DNA of 64,000 nt from Acidimicrobiia bacterium (lineage in GTDB: Bacteria; Actinomycetota; Acidimicrobiia; Spongiisociales; ZC4RG35), in NCBI GenBank assembly GCA_025937235.1, contig JAICRU010000003.1, positions 2,119 through 66,118 of the forward strand. Direction: 5' to 3'. Of this stretch, positions 55,698 to 64,000 are shown in pieces; the stretch's first letter is position 1; each line of letters begins with the position of its first letter. The position numbers were made by a program, and so were the translations under genes. A model generated the notes under the pieces. That model was not told the origin of the DNA. It did no database searches and saw only the letters and a program-made list of their open reading frames with translations.

Positions 55698-56840
55698 TTA
55701 CAGACCCATCGTCTTGGCGATGATGTTGCGCTGGATGTCGGAGGTCCCGGCCCCGATCACACCGAGACGCGACTCCCGGAAATGCCGCTGCAGGTCGTAC
55801 TCCATCGTGTACCCATAGCCGCCCAGCACCTGGAGACCCATGTCCGCCACCTGCTTGTAGGCCTCACAGGCATAGAGCTTGAGGATGGCGGCGTCTCTGG
55901 TGGTGGCCACGCCCCGGTCGAGACGTGAGGCGTAGCGATAGACCAGCATCTGCGAGATCTCGACCATGGTCTGCATGTCGGCCAGACGGTGGGAGACGGC
56001 CTGGAACTTGGATATCGGTCGCCCGAATTGCTCGCGCTCCTTGGCGTAGGCCACCGAATCGGCCAGTGCGGCCGCCGCTGCCCCGGTGCGGGCGGCGGAC
56101 AGACAGAGCCGCTCGTAGCGGAGATACACCCCGAGGTCCGGCCAGCCCTGGTCGAGAGCCCCCAGCATCCGGGATCTCGGCACCCGGACGTCGGTGAAGT
56201 AGAGCATGGCGGTCCCCAACGGCCAGTGGCCCAGGGTCTCGATCGGCTGCCACTCCAGGCCGGCGCTGTCGGTGTCCACGATGAAGTTGGTGATCCCGTG
56301 GTGCTTCTCCCCGTCGGAGGAGGTACGCGTGGCGACGACGTCGAGGTCGCTCACCTTGAAGCCCGACGTGAACACCTTCTGCCCGTTGAGGACGAACTCG
56401 TCACCGTCCTCGACGGCAGAGAGAGTGATCGCGGCGGCGTCAGACCCGGCGTCGGGCTCGGTCAGTGAGAAGCACACCGCCAGATCACCGGAGACGATAC
56501 GGGGGAGCAGTTCGGCCTTCTGCTCGGCGGTCCCATCCCGGCCGATGGCGAGGCCACCCCAGGTGACGGTGCGAAACACCCAGAAGGAGAGGTCGAGGAA
56601 CGCCTTGCCCAATTCCTCGAGGAGGATGGCCACCTCCACCGCTCCGCCCCCGGCGCCACCGTGCTCCTCGGAGGTGTTGATCCCCAGCCAACCCTGGGCG
56701 GCCAGCTTGTCGTAGACCTCGCGGGGGGCGCGTCGCTCCCGATCACACTCCCTCACGTACTCGCGGCCGATCTCCTTCTCGCAGAACTCGCGGACGGTGG
56801 ACCGGAACAGCTCCTGCTCGGGGGTGAATTCGTGATCCAT
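55698..56840 (-). CDS. Acyl-CoA dehydrogenase
   Basis: 380 aa. CFSLTEPDAGSD, GGYGYTMEYDLQRHFRESR. Confidence 0.92.
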   Translation of the reverse strand: MDHEFTPEQELFRSTVREFCEKEIGREYVRECDRERRAPREVYDKLAAQGWLGINTSEEHGGAGGGAVEVAILLEELGKAFLDLSFWVFRTVTWGGLAIGRDGTAEQKAELLPRIVSGDLAVCFSLTEPDAGSDAAAITLSAVEDGDEFVLNGQKVFTSGFKVSDLDVVATRTSSDGEKHHGITNFIVDTDSAGLEWQPIETLGHWPLGTAMLYFTDVRVPRSRMLGALDQGWPDLGVYLRYERLCLSAARTGAAAAALADSVAYAKEREQFGRPISKFQAVSHRLADMQTMVEISQMLVYRYASRLDRGVATTRDAAILKLYACEAYKQVADMGLQVLGGYGYTMEYDLQRHFRESRLGVIGAGTSDIQRNIIAKTMGL

Positions 56841-56925
56841 GTGCTCCCACGGTCGATGATGAGGACCCGAGGCCGATCATATATCGTGCATACTGCAGAA
56901 CACGACCCCGTTGGAAGAGAGGACC

Positions 56926-57891
56926 GTGACCGCCGGCATCGAGAAGGTGAGAGATCTGGGCACCCGACACAGCAACTGGGGGCGGTGGGGCGAAAATGAC
57001 GAGAAGGGCACGCTGAATCTGGTGACCTCCGAGATGGTGGTGGCCGCCGCCGGGCTGGTGAGACGGGGCGCGACCATATCGATGGCCCTTCCCTACGACG
57101 AGGACGGCCCTCAGACCGGGAACCTGGGGCGGTTCAACCCGATCCATCTCATGATCCGCGACGGGGCCGATGCAATTGCCGGCACCTCGATCAGGGACTT
57201 CTACGGAGGGGTGGACAAGCATTTCCGGGGCACCGACGACATAATCATCATGCCGCTCCAGTCGGGCACCCAGTGGGACGCCTTCGGCCATGTCGTATTC
57301 GAGGGCAAGATCTACAACGGCTACGGCGCAGAATGGGTTTCGTCCAAGGGTGCTCTCAAGGGTGACGTGGCCAACGCATCTGGCAGCATGGTGGGCCGGG
57401 GAGTCCTCCTCGACCTGCCCCGTGCCCTCGACTTGGAGTGGCTGGAGCCGGGCCACGCCATTGGCGCATCCGAGCTGGAGCGGGCCGAGGAGCAAGCCGG
57501 GGTCACCGTCGGGCCGGGCGACTTCGTCTTCGTCAGGACCGGAGCGATGGCCCAAGCCCGGGCGGTGGGGTCCTGGGGCGATTACGCGGGTGGCGACGCG
57601 CCCGGGCTCGGACTGGACAGTGTCGGCTGGGTGGCCGGGCGTGACGTCGCCGCCCTCGCCGCCGACACATGGGGTCTGGAGGTGCGCCCCAACGAGACGC
57701 CCGACGTCGCCCAGCCCCTCCATATCGTCTTTATCGTCCACATGGGCCTCTGGCTCGGCGAGATCTTCGACCTGGATCCCCTGGCCGAGGACTGCGCCGC
57801 CGACGGGGTCTATGAGTTCATGTTCTGCGGCCCACCGCTCCCCTTCACCCGTGCGGTGGGCTCTCCGCTCAACCCGATGGCGATCAAGTGA
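56926..57891 (+). CDS. Cyclase-family (kynurenine-formamidase fold) hydrolase, second paralog
   Basis: NWGRWGENDEKGTLN, GTQWDAFGHV. The start is GTG 56926 (AGAGGA SD) or the track TTG at 56911. Confidence 0.8.
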   Translation: MTAGIEKVRDLGTRHSNWGRWGENDEKGTLNLVTSEMVVAAAGLVRRGATISMALPYDEDGPQTGNLGRFNPIHLMIRDGADAIAGTSIRDFYGGVDKHFRGTDDIIIMPLQSGTQWDAFGHVVFEGKIYNGYGAEWVSSKGALKGDVANASGSMVGRGVLLDLPRALDLEWLEPGHAIGASELERAEEQAGVTVGPGDFVFVRTGAMAQARAVGSWGDYAGGDAPGLGLDSVGWVAGRDVAALAADTWGLEVRPNETPDVAQPLHIVFIVHMGLWLGEIFDLDPLAEDCAADGVYEFMFCGPPLPFTRAVGSPLNPMAIK

Positions 57892-57900
57892 GGATCTGAC

Positions 57901-58785
57901 ATGGACCCGGTTCGATCGATGCTCTTCACCCCGGGCAACCGCCTCGACATGCTGGGTAAAGCGGTTCATTCCGGCACCGACGCGGTCATAGTCGATCTGG
58001 AGGACTCGGTCTCGGTCGACAACAAGCCCGAGGCCCGGGCCAACCTCGCTCGACTCCCCGACTCGCCGGTGGCCTACTACGTCCGCACCAACGCTGTCGA
58101 GACCGGTCTGATGTGGGATGACGTGGTGGCAGCGGGGCGGTCACCCGCGGTGGGGGTGATCATTCCCAAGGCAGAGGATCCAAATGTGGTCAGCCAGGTC
58201 GATGGTGCGCTCACCGTCCTCGAGCTCACATCGGCGAAGACAGCGGGCTCGATCACGATCATCCCGCTGATCGAGTCGGCCATCGGTGTCAGGCTGACCT
58301 ACGAGATGGCTCTGGCCAGTGATCGCGTGGAATGTGTCATGTTCGGCGGAGGTGAGCAGGGTGACCTGGTGGCCGATCTCGGCGTGGAGTGGACACCGGA
58401 GGGGACGGGGTTGATGCAGGCGCGGTCCCAGGTCCTGCTCAGCTCGCGGGCCGCCGGCGTCCCCTACCCCATGGAGGCGGTGTTCATGGACTTTCGCAAC
58501 CCCGACGGGCTGCGTGTCGAGTGTGAGCTGGCCCGCACCTTGGGGTATGTCGGGAAGGTGGCGATCCATCCGGCACAGATCGAGGTGATCAACGACGTGT
58601 TCACCCCTGCCCCCGATGTGGTGGAGTATCAGCGCAAGGTGTTGGCCGCCTTCGAGGAGGCCGAGGCCGAGGGAATGGCCTCGATAGCGGTGGACGGGAA
58701 GATGGTCGACTACGCCGTGGCCAGGGTTGCTCGGGCGGTGATCGCCCGCGCCGAGGCCGCGTCACGTGCGGGCAAGGAGGGCTGA
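57901..58785 (+). CDS. CitE/HpcH-family acyl-CoA (citryl/malyl/citramalyl-CoA-type) lyase
   Basis: RSMLFTPGN...DAVIVDLEDSV...IPLIES...GKVAIHPAQI. Confidence 0.88.
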   Translation: MDPVRSMLFTPGNRLDMLGKAVHSGTDAVIVDLEDSVSVDNKPEARANLARLPDSPVAYYVRTNAVETGLMWDDVVAAGRSPAVGVIIPKAEDPNVVSQVDGALTVLELTSAKTAGSITIIPLIESAIGVRLTYEMALASDRVECVMFGGGEQGDLVADLGVEWTPEGTGLMQARSQVLLSSRAAGVPYPMEAVFMDFRNPDGLRVECELARTLGYVGKVAIHPAQIEVINDVFTPAPDVVEYQRKVLAAFEEAEAEGMASIAVDGKMVDYAVARVARAVIARAEAASRAGKEG

Positions 58786-59888
58786 TGACGAGAAGCCGCT
58801 ATATCGCCGACGGGGTCGGGGTGGCCGTGGTGGGCGCCGGCTCGATCGGGAGCCTGCGGGCCGAGATCTCCCACCGTCATCCCTCGGTGGACTTCTTAGC
58901 CGTGTGCGACGTCGTCGAGGAGAAGGTGAGACGGCTCGCCTCGTCCTGCGAGGCCGACGCGTGGGCCACCCAGGCCACGGAGATCGTGACCAGGGACGAG
59001 GTCGACGCGGTGATCATCGCCTCGACCGAGGATGCCCATTTCGAGCCGGCCATGGCTGCCATCCAGGCCGGGAAATCGGTCCTGGTGGAGAAGCCCTTCA
59101 CCATCCTCGCCGACGAAGGGCACAAGCTCCTCGCCGCGGCCGAGGAGTACGGGGTCTCGATCCACACCGGCTTCACCCAGCGCTTCCGCCGCCGCTACCT
59201 GGCGATCAAGGAGCACGTGCTCCAGGGTTATGTTGGCGACGTCACCTCGGCCAAGGCCACCATATATCTCACCCAGGCCGTGGCCCGCTCGGTCATCGCC
59301 CGTGCCGGCACCACCACCCCGTCGGTCAACACGATGACCTACCTCTTCGACCTCCTCACCTGGTACCTGGGCGGGAAGCTGCCCGCCGCCGCCTATGCCG
59401 CCGGGTCGAACAAGGGCCGGATCCATGACGAGTTCGGCGCCCTCGACTCCACATGGTGTGTCCTCACCTACGACGACGGGATGGTGGCCAACCTGGGAGT
59501 GAGCTGGGAGCTGCCCGAGTTCTGGCCCGCATACGTCGCATCGATGGATTTCGAGCTGTTCGGCCGGGACGGGGTCATCTCGGTGAAGGACGACCACCGC
59601 GATGTGCTCATGGCGTCGCGGCAACCGGTGCCGTCTCCCTACACGCCGGACACCGCCATGAACGTCGCAATGCTCGGCTCCTACATGCCAGGCGACTGGG
59701 CCCTGGGTGAGCATTTCGGGGCGATGCAGGAGGAGACGCACGCCTTCATCAACAGCGTCGGTACCGGACGGCCGGACCCGATCCTGGCCAGTGGCGCCGA
59801 GGGCATGGACGTCCTCGTCATCTCCCGCGCTGTCGACGAGTCGGCGGTCAGCGGACAGGTGGTCCCGATGCTGTGGGCAACTCGATGA
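58785..59888 (+). CDS. Gfo/Idh/MocA-family NAD(P)-dependent oxidoreductase
   Basis: VAVVGAGSIG Rossmann and VLVEKPF motif. TGATG coupling to citE-like, AAGGAGG SD. Confidence 0.88.
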   Translation: MTRSRYIADGVGVAVVGAGSIGSLRAEISHRHPSVDFLAVCDVVEEKVRRLASSCEADAWATQATEIVTRDEVDAVIIASTEDAHFEPAMAAIQAGKSVLVEKPFTILADEGHKLLAAAEEYGVSIHTGFTQRFRRRYLAIKEHVLQGYVGDVTSAKATIYLTQAVARSVIARAGTTTPSVNTMTYLFDLLTWYLGGKLPAAAYAAGSNKGRIHDEFGALDSTWCVLTYDDGMVANLGVSWELPEFWPAYVASMDFELFGRDGVISVKDDHRDVLMASRQPVPSPYTPDTAMNVAMLGSYMPGDWALGEHFGAMQEETHAFINSVGTGRPDPILASGAEGMDVLVISRAVDESAVSGQVVPMLWATR

Positions 59889-59915
59889 CCACGACAGCCC
59901 GATGATTGGCACCCG

Positions 59916-61121
59916 ATGAGCGGCGGAATGCTCTCGGGAGTGGTGATCCTGGAATTGGGCCAGGTGATCGCCGGCAATTTCGGGGGGGTGATCCTCGCCG
60001 ACCTCGGCGCCGAGATCATCAAGATCGAGCCCAAGACGGGGGACACTGCCCGCAATGCCACCATCGCCCCGCTTCATGACGAGAGCGCCATCCATCTCTT
60101 CATGAACCGGGGCAAGAAGAGTGTGGTCCTCGATCTCAAAGACCCCGGCGGGTTGGAGATGTTCTTCGACCTGGTCGAGCAGGCCGACGTCGTGATCGAC
60201 AACTTCCGCCCCGGGGTGATGGCCCGTCTCGGCATCGACCATGACAGCCTGAAGAAGCGGAACCCGGGCATCATCACCTCTTCGGTGACCGGCTTCGGCG
60301 AATACGGGCCGGCCAAGGACAAGGCCGCCTTCGATCTGGTGGTCCAGGCCTACAGCGGACATGTCGACATCACCGGCCCTCCCGACGGGGACCCGGCACG
60401 GGTCGGGATCCCCATCGCCGACATCGCCGGCGGCATCTACTCCTGCATCTCGGTCCTGGCGGCGCTGGTCGGCCGTGAGCTGCACGGTACCGGGGAGCAT
60501 GCCGACGTGGCGATGCTCGACACACTGGTCTCGCTCCTCTCCTACGACGCGGTGGATCATCTCAACTCGGGCCGCAAGCTGAGCAGGCTGGGGACCGCCC
60601 ACGCCCACATGGTGCCCTGGCAGGCCTTCAAGACCAGTGATGGGTACGTGGTGGTGGCGGCCCGTGACGAGAAGTTCTGGCAGAACCTCTGCGACGCAAT
60701 TGGCCGACCCGACCTCAAGGACGATCCCCGGACCGCGGACAACAGGGCCCGGGTGGCCAACCGGGAGGAGGTGGTGGGCATCCTCTCCGAGGTGTTCCAC
60801 ACCAGATCGAACGCCGAGTGGCTGGCCACCCTCGACGAATACGACATCCCCAATGCGCCGGTGAACGACATGGCCCAGGTCTTCCAGGATCCCCAGGTCC
60901 TGGCTCGGGGCATGGTCGGCACCTACAAGCACCCCACCCTGGGCGACATCCGCTATCCGCCCAGCCCGATCAAGTGGCGAGACTGGGAGCGGCCCAACGA
61001 GCCGGCGCCGATGCTGGGCCAGCACACCATCGAGGTGCTGACCACGAGACTGAACCTGAGCGAAGACGAGGTAAGGCGGATGGCCGACGATGGCGTCGTC
61101 GCCATCTGGCCAGGGAGCTGA
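59916..61121 (+). CDS. Family III CoA-transferase (CaiB/BaiF/Frc type)
   Basis: VVILELGQVIAGNFGGVILADLGAEIIKIE; DNFRPGVMARLG. Confidence 0.9.
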   Translation: MSGGMLSGVVILELGQVIAGNFGGVILADLGAEIIKIEPKTGDTARNATIAPLHDESAIHLFMNRGKKSVVLDLKDPGGLEMFFDLVEQADVVIDNFRPGVMARLGIDHDSLKKRNPGIITSSVTGFGEYGPAKDKAAFDLVVQAYSGHVDITGPPDGDPARVGIPIADIAGGIYSCISVLAALVGRELHGTGEHADVAMLDTLVSLLSYDAVDHLNSGRKLSRLGTAHAHMVPWQAFKTSDGYVVVAARDEKFWQNLCDAIGRPDLKDDPRTADNRARVANREEVVGILSEVFHTRSNAEWLATLDEYDIPNAPVNDMAQVFQDPQVLARGMVGTYKHPTLGDIRYPPSPIKWRDWERPNEPAPMLGQHTIEVLTTRLNLSEDEVRRMADDGVVAIWPGS

Positions 61122-61127
61122 GGAGAG

Positions 61128-62084
61128 ATGCGCTTCGGGACATTCGTGCCACAGGGCTGGAAGGGCGATCAGGACGGGATCCCGGTGGAGAAGCAGTGGG
61201 ACCGTATCGTCGATGTCGCCCGCCTGATCGAAGACTCCGGTTACGACTCGATCTGGGTCTATGACCACTTCCACACCCACCCGGTGGTCAAACAGGAGAG
61301 CACGTTCGAGGCCTGGACCCTCATGGCCGCCCTCGCTGCCGTGACCAGCCGTGTGCGCTTGGGGCAGATGTGCACCTGCGCCCTGTACCGGCCGCCCTCC
61401 GTGCTGGCGAAGATCGCGGCCAATGTGGACGTCATATCCGGGGGCCGTCTCGACGTGGGGATCGGGGCCGGGTGGTCGAGGAAGGAGTTCGAAGCCTATG
61501 GCTACTCGTTCCCTTCTGACGGGGAGAGGCTCGACATGCTGGAAGAGGCAGTTCAGGTCTTGCTGGCGATGTGGACCGAGGACGAGGCCACCTTCATCGG
61601 GAAGCACCATCGGGTCGAGGGCGCCATCAGCCGGCCCCGGCCGATCCAGCAGCCGCACCCTCCCTTGTGGATCGCCGGGGGTGGGGAGAAGCGGACGTTG
61701 CGGATCGTCGCCAGATACGGGGACTTCTCCAACTACGGCGATGACCTCGACGACTTCCGTCACAAGTCCAGGGTGCTGCAAGGCCACTGCGAGACCGTCG
61801 GCCGCGACTTCGACGAGATCGGCCGGTCCTGTCATCGGATGTCGGTGATCGGGCGGGACGACGCCGACCTGCAACGGAAGCTCGAGGTGGCCGCCCGCCG
61901 CCGTTCCTGCACCCCAGAGGAGTTCGCCGGTGAGCACTTCGCCGCAACCATCGACCAGGCGGTGGAGGAGATGGGTGAGTTCGCCACCGCCGGCTGTGTC
62001 GAGATGATCCTCTACTTCTATGACATGGGGGAGGGCGACAGTATGGAGCTGTTCGCCTCGGAGGTGATCCCCCAACTCGGATGA
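61128..62084 (+). CDS. Luciferase-like monooxygenase (LLM) class, F420-dependent oxidoreductase type
   Basis: MRFGTFVPQGW...GYDSIWVYDHF...GRLDVGIGAGW. GAGGAGAG SD. Confidence 0.85.
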   Translation: MRFGTFVPQGWKGDQDGIPVEKQWDRIVDVARLIEDSGYDSIWVYDHFHTHPVVKQESTFEAWTLMAALAAVTSRVRLGQMCTCALYRPPSVLAKIAANVDVISGGRLDVGIGAGWSRKEFEAYGYSFPSDGERLDMLEEAVQVLLAMWTEDEATFIGKHHRVEGAISRPRPIQQPHPPLWIAGGGEKRTLRIVARYGDFSNYGDDLDDFRHKSRVLQGHCETVGRDFDEIGRSCHRMSVIGRDDADLQRKLEVAARRRSCTPEEFAGEHFAATIDQAVEEMGEFATAGCVEMILYFYDMGEGDSMELFASEVIPQLG

Positions 62085-64000
62085 GCGGGCTGGGTCGTCT
62101 TCTCGGCCCGGCCTCGATCGCCATCGTCGGCCTGTCCGCCGATCCTGCCAAACACGGCGGCCGGGTGCTGGCCAATCTGCGCAAGCTCGGATATTCGGGC
62201 GAGGTATGGGGGGTGAACCCGGGTCTTCCCGACGTGGATGGACTGGAGGTCTTCTCGTCTCTCGGTGATCTCCCCGAACCGCCGGACCTGGTGGTGTGCG
62301 CCGTCCCCGCCACCGCCGTGGGTGAGGTGGCGATGACCGCCGAGCGGGTGGGGGCATTGGTCGTGTTCGCCGGTGGGTTCGGTGAGTCGGGCGACAACGG
62401 GCGGGCACTCGAAACCGACCTCATAGAGCGGGTCGGACGGGTCGGGTCACGTCTGCTGGGCCCGAACAGCGGCGGGGTGATTCGGCCTTCCGTCGGATTG
62501 GCTGCCTCTTTCCTGACCTGTCTCGACCGCCCCGCGGACCAGATCCGGTCCGGCCCGGTGGGTCTGGTCACCCAGAGCGGGGGAACGGGCAGCTACATCC
62601 ACAATCTGGCCGCGGCCCGGGGTGGCGGCCTGGCTGTGTCGGTATCGACCGGGAACGAGGCGGACATCAGGTTGGGTGAGGCCATATACGCGGTGTCTGC
62701 CCTCGGTGAGGTACGGGTGACACTCGCCATGATCGAAACGGTGCGCGACGGAGTCGTGTTCATCGATGCAGTGCGCGACGCCATCGCTCGAGGCAAGCCG
62801 GTGGTGGCTTGTCGGATCGGCACCGGTGACCGGGGCCGGGCCCTGATGACCACCCACACCGGGGCGATGGCGGTCCCGGAGGAGGTGCTCGAGGGCGTGC
62901 TCGAGTCACTGGGTGTGGTGGTGGCCGAGACTCCTGGAGAGGCATACGACATCGCCGAGATGCTGGCCCGCGCTCCGCTCCCGGAGGGCGATCGTGCCGC
63001 CATCGTGACCCATTCGGGGGGCGTAGCAATTCATCTCGCCGACCTGGCCGACAAGCGCGGCCTCGACCTGACTCAGCCCGGGCCCGAACTGAAATCCCGG
63101 CTCGACCCCCTGCTCGACTTGGGAGCGGCCAACAATCCCCTTGACATGGGCGGGATCATCGGCGGGCCGGGCCGCTTCGCCGAAGTGGTCGACCGCTTCG
63201 CCCGATCGGGCGAATACGACATGGTGCTGGCAGTCTCCACCGCGCATCCGCCCGCCCACTCGGCCGAGCGGGCGCGGGCGCTCATGGAGCTAGAAACTGT
63301 CGTGCCGATCCTCCACCTGTGGATGGCCGGTGACCAGGCGACAGGAGCACTACGCGGTCTGAGGGAGGCAGGTGTCGCGGTGACCGAGGAGCCGAGGGCG
63401 GCGATCCGGGCGCTGGCCGGCCTGGCCCGGCTGGCGAAATTGCCGCCACCCGTGCCGGTGGAGCCGATCGACACCGGGTTCGAGGACTGGGGGCTGCCCC
63501 TGGTCGAGGGGGAGACGGCCCGAACCTCCGATGAGGCCATCGCCGTCGCCGAGAGTCTCGGGTACCCGGCGGTGGTCAAGGTGGTGGCCACCGGGCTGGC
63601 CCACAAGACCGAGGTAGGAGGGGTGCGTCTTGGACTCGCAAATGCCGCTGCGGTGGCTCAGGCGATCGACGAAGTCACCGAGGCGGCCACGGCCGCCGGG
63701 CATCCAGTCGGGGGAGTGAGGGTCGAGCGATATCGGCCCGGGTTGGAGATGATCATCGGCGGGCTGGTGGACCAGGTCTTCGGGCCGCTGGTCTCCGTCG
63801 GGATCGGTGGTGTGCTCACCGAGCTCATCGGCGACGTGGTCTTCGCCCCGGCTCCGGTCGACCAAGCAGGTGCGGTGGCGATGATCGACCGGATGCGCGG
63901 CCGCGCCCTTCTCGACGGCTACCGCGGATCACCACCCTCCGACGTCTATGCGCTCGCCCGGATCGTGAGCCTGGTCAGCCGGGGCGTCGCCGGATCGGGG
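62081..64000 (+). CDS. ADP-forming acyl-CoA synthetase (CoA-binding + ATP-grasp), C-terminus beyond right edge
   Basis: Own translation from ATG 62081 (ATGA overlap with the LLM stop): MSGLGRLLGPASIAIVGLSADPAKHGGRVL...GPNSGGV...THTGAMA...YPAVVKVVATGLAHKTEVGGVRLGL. No stop in window, so not in the ORF track. Confidence 0.85.
   Translation, partial: MSGLGRLLGPASIAIVGLSADPAKHGGRVLANLRKLGYSGEVWGVNPGLPDVDGLEVFSSLGDLPEPPDLVVCAVPATAVGEVAMTAERVGALVVFAGGFGESGDNGRALETDLIERVGRVGSRLLGPNSGGVIRPSVGLAASFLTCLDRPADQIRSGPVGLVTQSGGTGSYIHNLAAARGGGLAVSVSTGNEADIRLGEAIYAVSALGEVRVTLAMIETVRDGVVFIDAVRDAIARGKPVVACRIGTGDRGRALMTTHTGAMAVPEEVLEGVLESLGVVVAETPGEAYDIAEMLARAPLPEGDRAAIVTHSGGVAIHLADLADKRGLDLTQPGPELKSRLDPLLDLGAANNPLDMGGIIGGPGRFAEVVDRFARSGEYDMVLAVSTAHPPAHSAERARALMELETVVPILHLWMAGDQATGALRGLREAGVAVTEEPRAAIRALAGLARLAKLPPPVPVEPIDTGFEDWGLPLVEGETARTSDEAIAVAESLGYPAVVKVVATGLAHKTEVGGVRLGLANAAAVAQAIDEVTEAATAAGHPVGGVRVERYRPGLEMIIGGLVDQVFGPLVSVGIGGVLTELIGDVVFAPAPVDQAGAVAMIDRMRGRALLDGYRGSPPSDVYALARIVSLVSRGVAGSG

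Noticed and set aside
58896-62408. 1170-aa ORF on the minus strand, the longest in the track
   Set aside because: It runs antisense to four well-supported plus-strand genes (Gfo, CoA-transferase, LLM, acyl-CoA synthetase). Its composition is Arg/Gly/Pro/His-rich and low in complexity with no recognisable motif. This is a typical stop-free shadow frame in high-GC DNA.

Overview
High-GC, densely coding chromosomal window with about 66 protein genes. I recognised no rRNA, tRNA, CRISPR array, transposase or integrase by eye. The synteny amtB-glnK-glnD and rsmI-tatD-rsmA-ispE, an F420-type luciferase-like oxidoreductase and Thr-rich lipoprotein linkers suggest an Actinomycetota-like genome (inference). 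Positions 1-41 kb hold transport and housekeeping genes: an Acs-like ligase, SulP, PEP synthase, a P-type ATPase, two MFS pumps, an orphan Dpp-type permease pair, the nitrogen-sensing operon, an RsbW/STAS pair, aroK, trmO and fhs. This part also holds a four-gene NAD-type formate dehydrogenase operon. Positions 41-64 kb hold a catabolic block with no regulator gene. It contains two enolase-superfamily enzymes, LigB/LigA, SDRs, a HisD-family dehydrogenase, two cyclase-fold hydrolases and a NitT/TauT-type ABC importer. It also has an ACAD-MaoC-ThDP operon and a CitE / CoA-transferase / LLM / ADP-forming acyl-CoA synthetase operon. Main observations: (1) Two in-frame TGA codons sit exactly at redox-active Cys positions. 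One is in the formate dehydrogenase catalytic subunit (35706..35704) and one is in a peroxiredoxin (52696..52698). Each is followed by a short hairpin, so both look like selenoprotein genes that the ORF track splits. (2) The FdsA-type alpha subunit of the formate dehydrogenase is split after its Mo-proximal [4Fe-4S] domain. The two halves are encoded in reversed order around a NuoE-NuoF fusion, and all junctions are translationally coupled. (3) The 23-kb catabolic block combines modules in ways I cannot map to one known pathway. All family calls come from motif recognition on the supplied translations or on my own hand translations. No searches were run.
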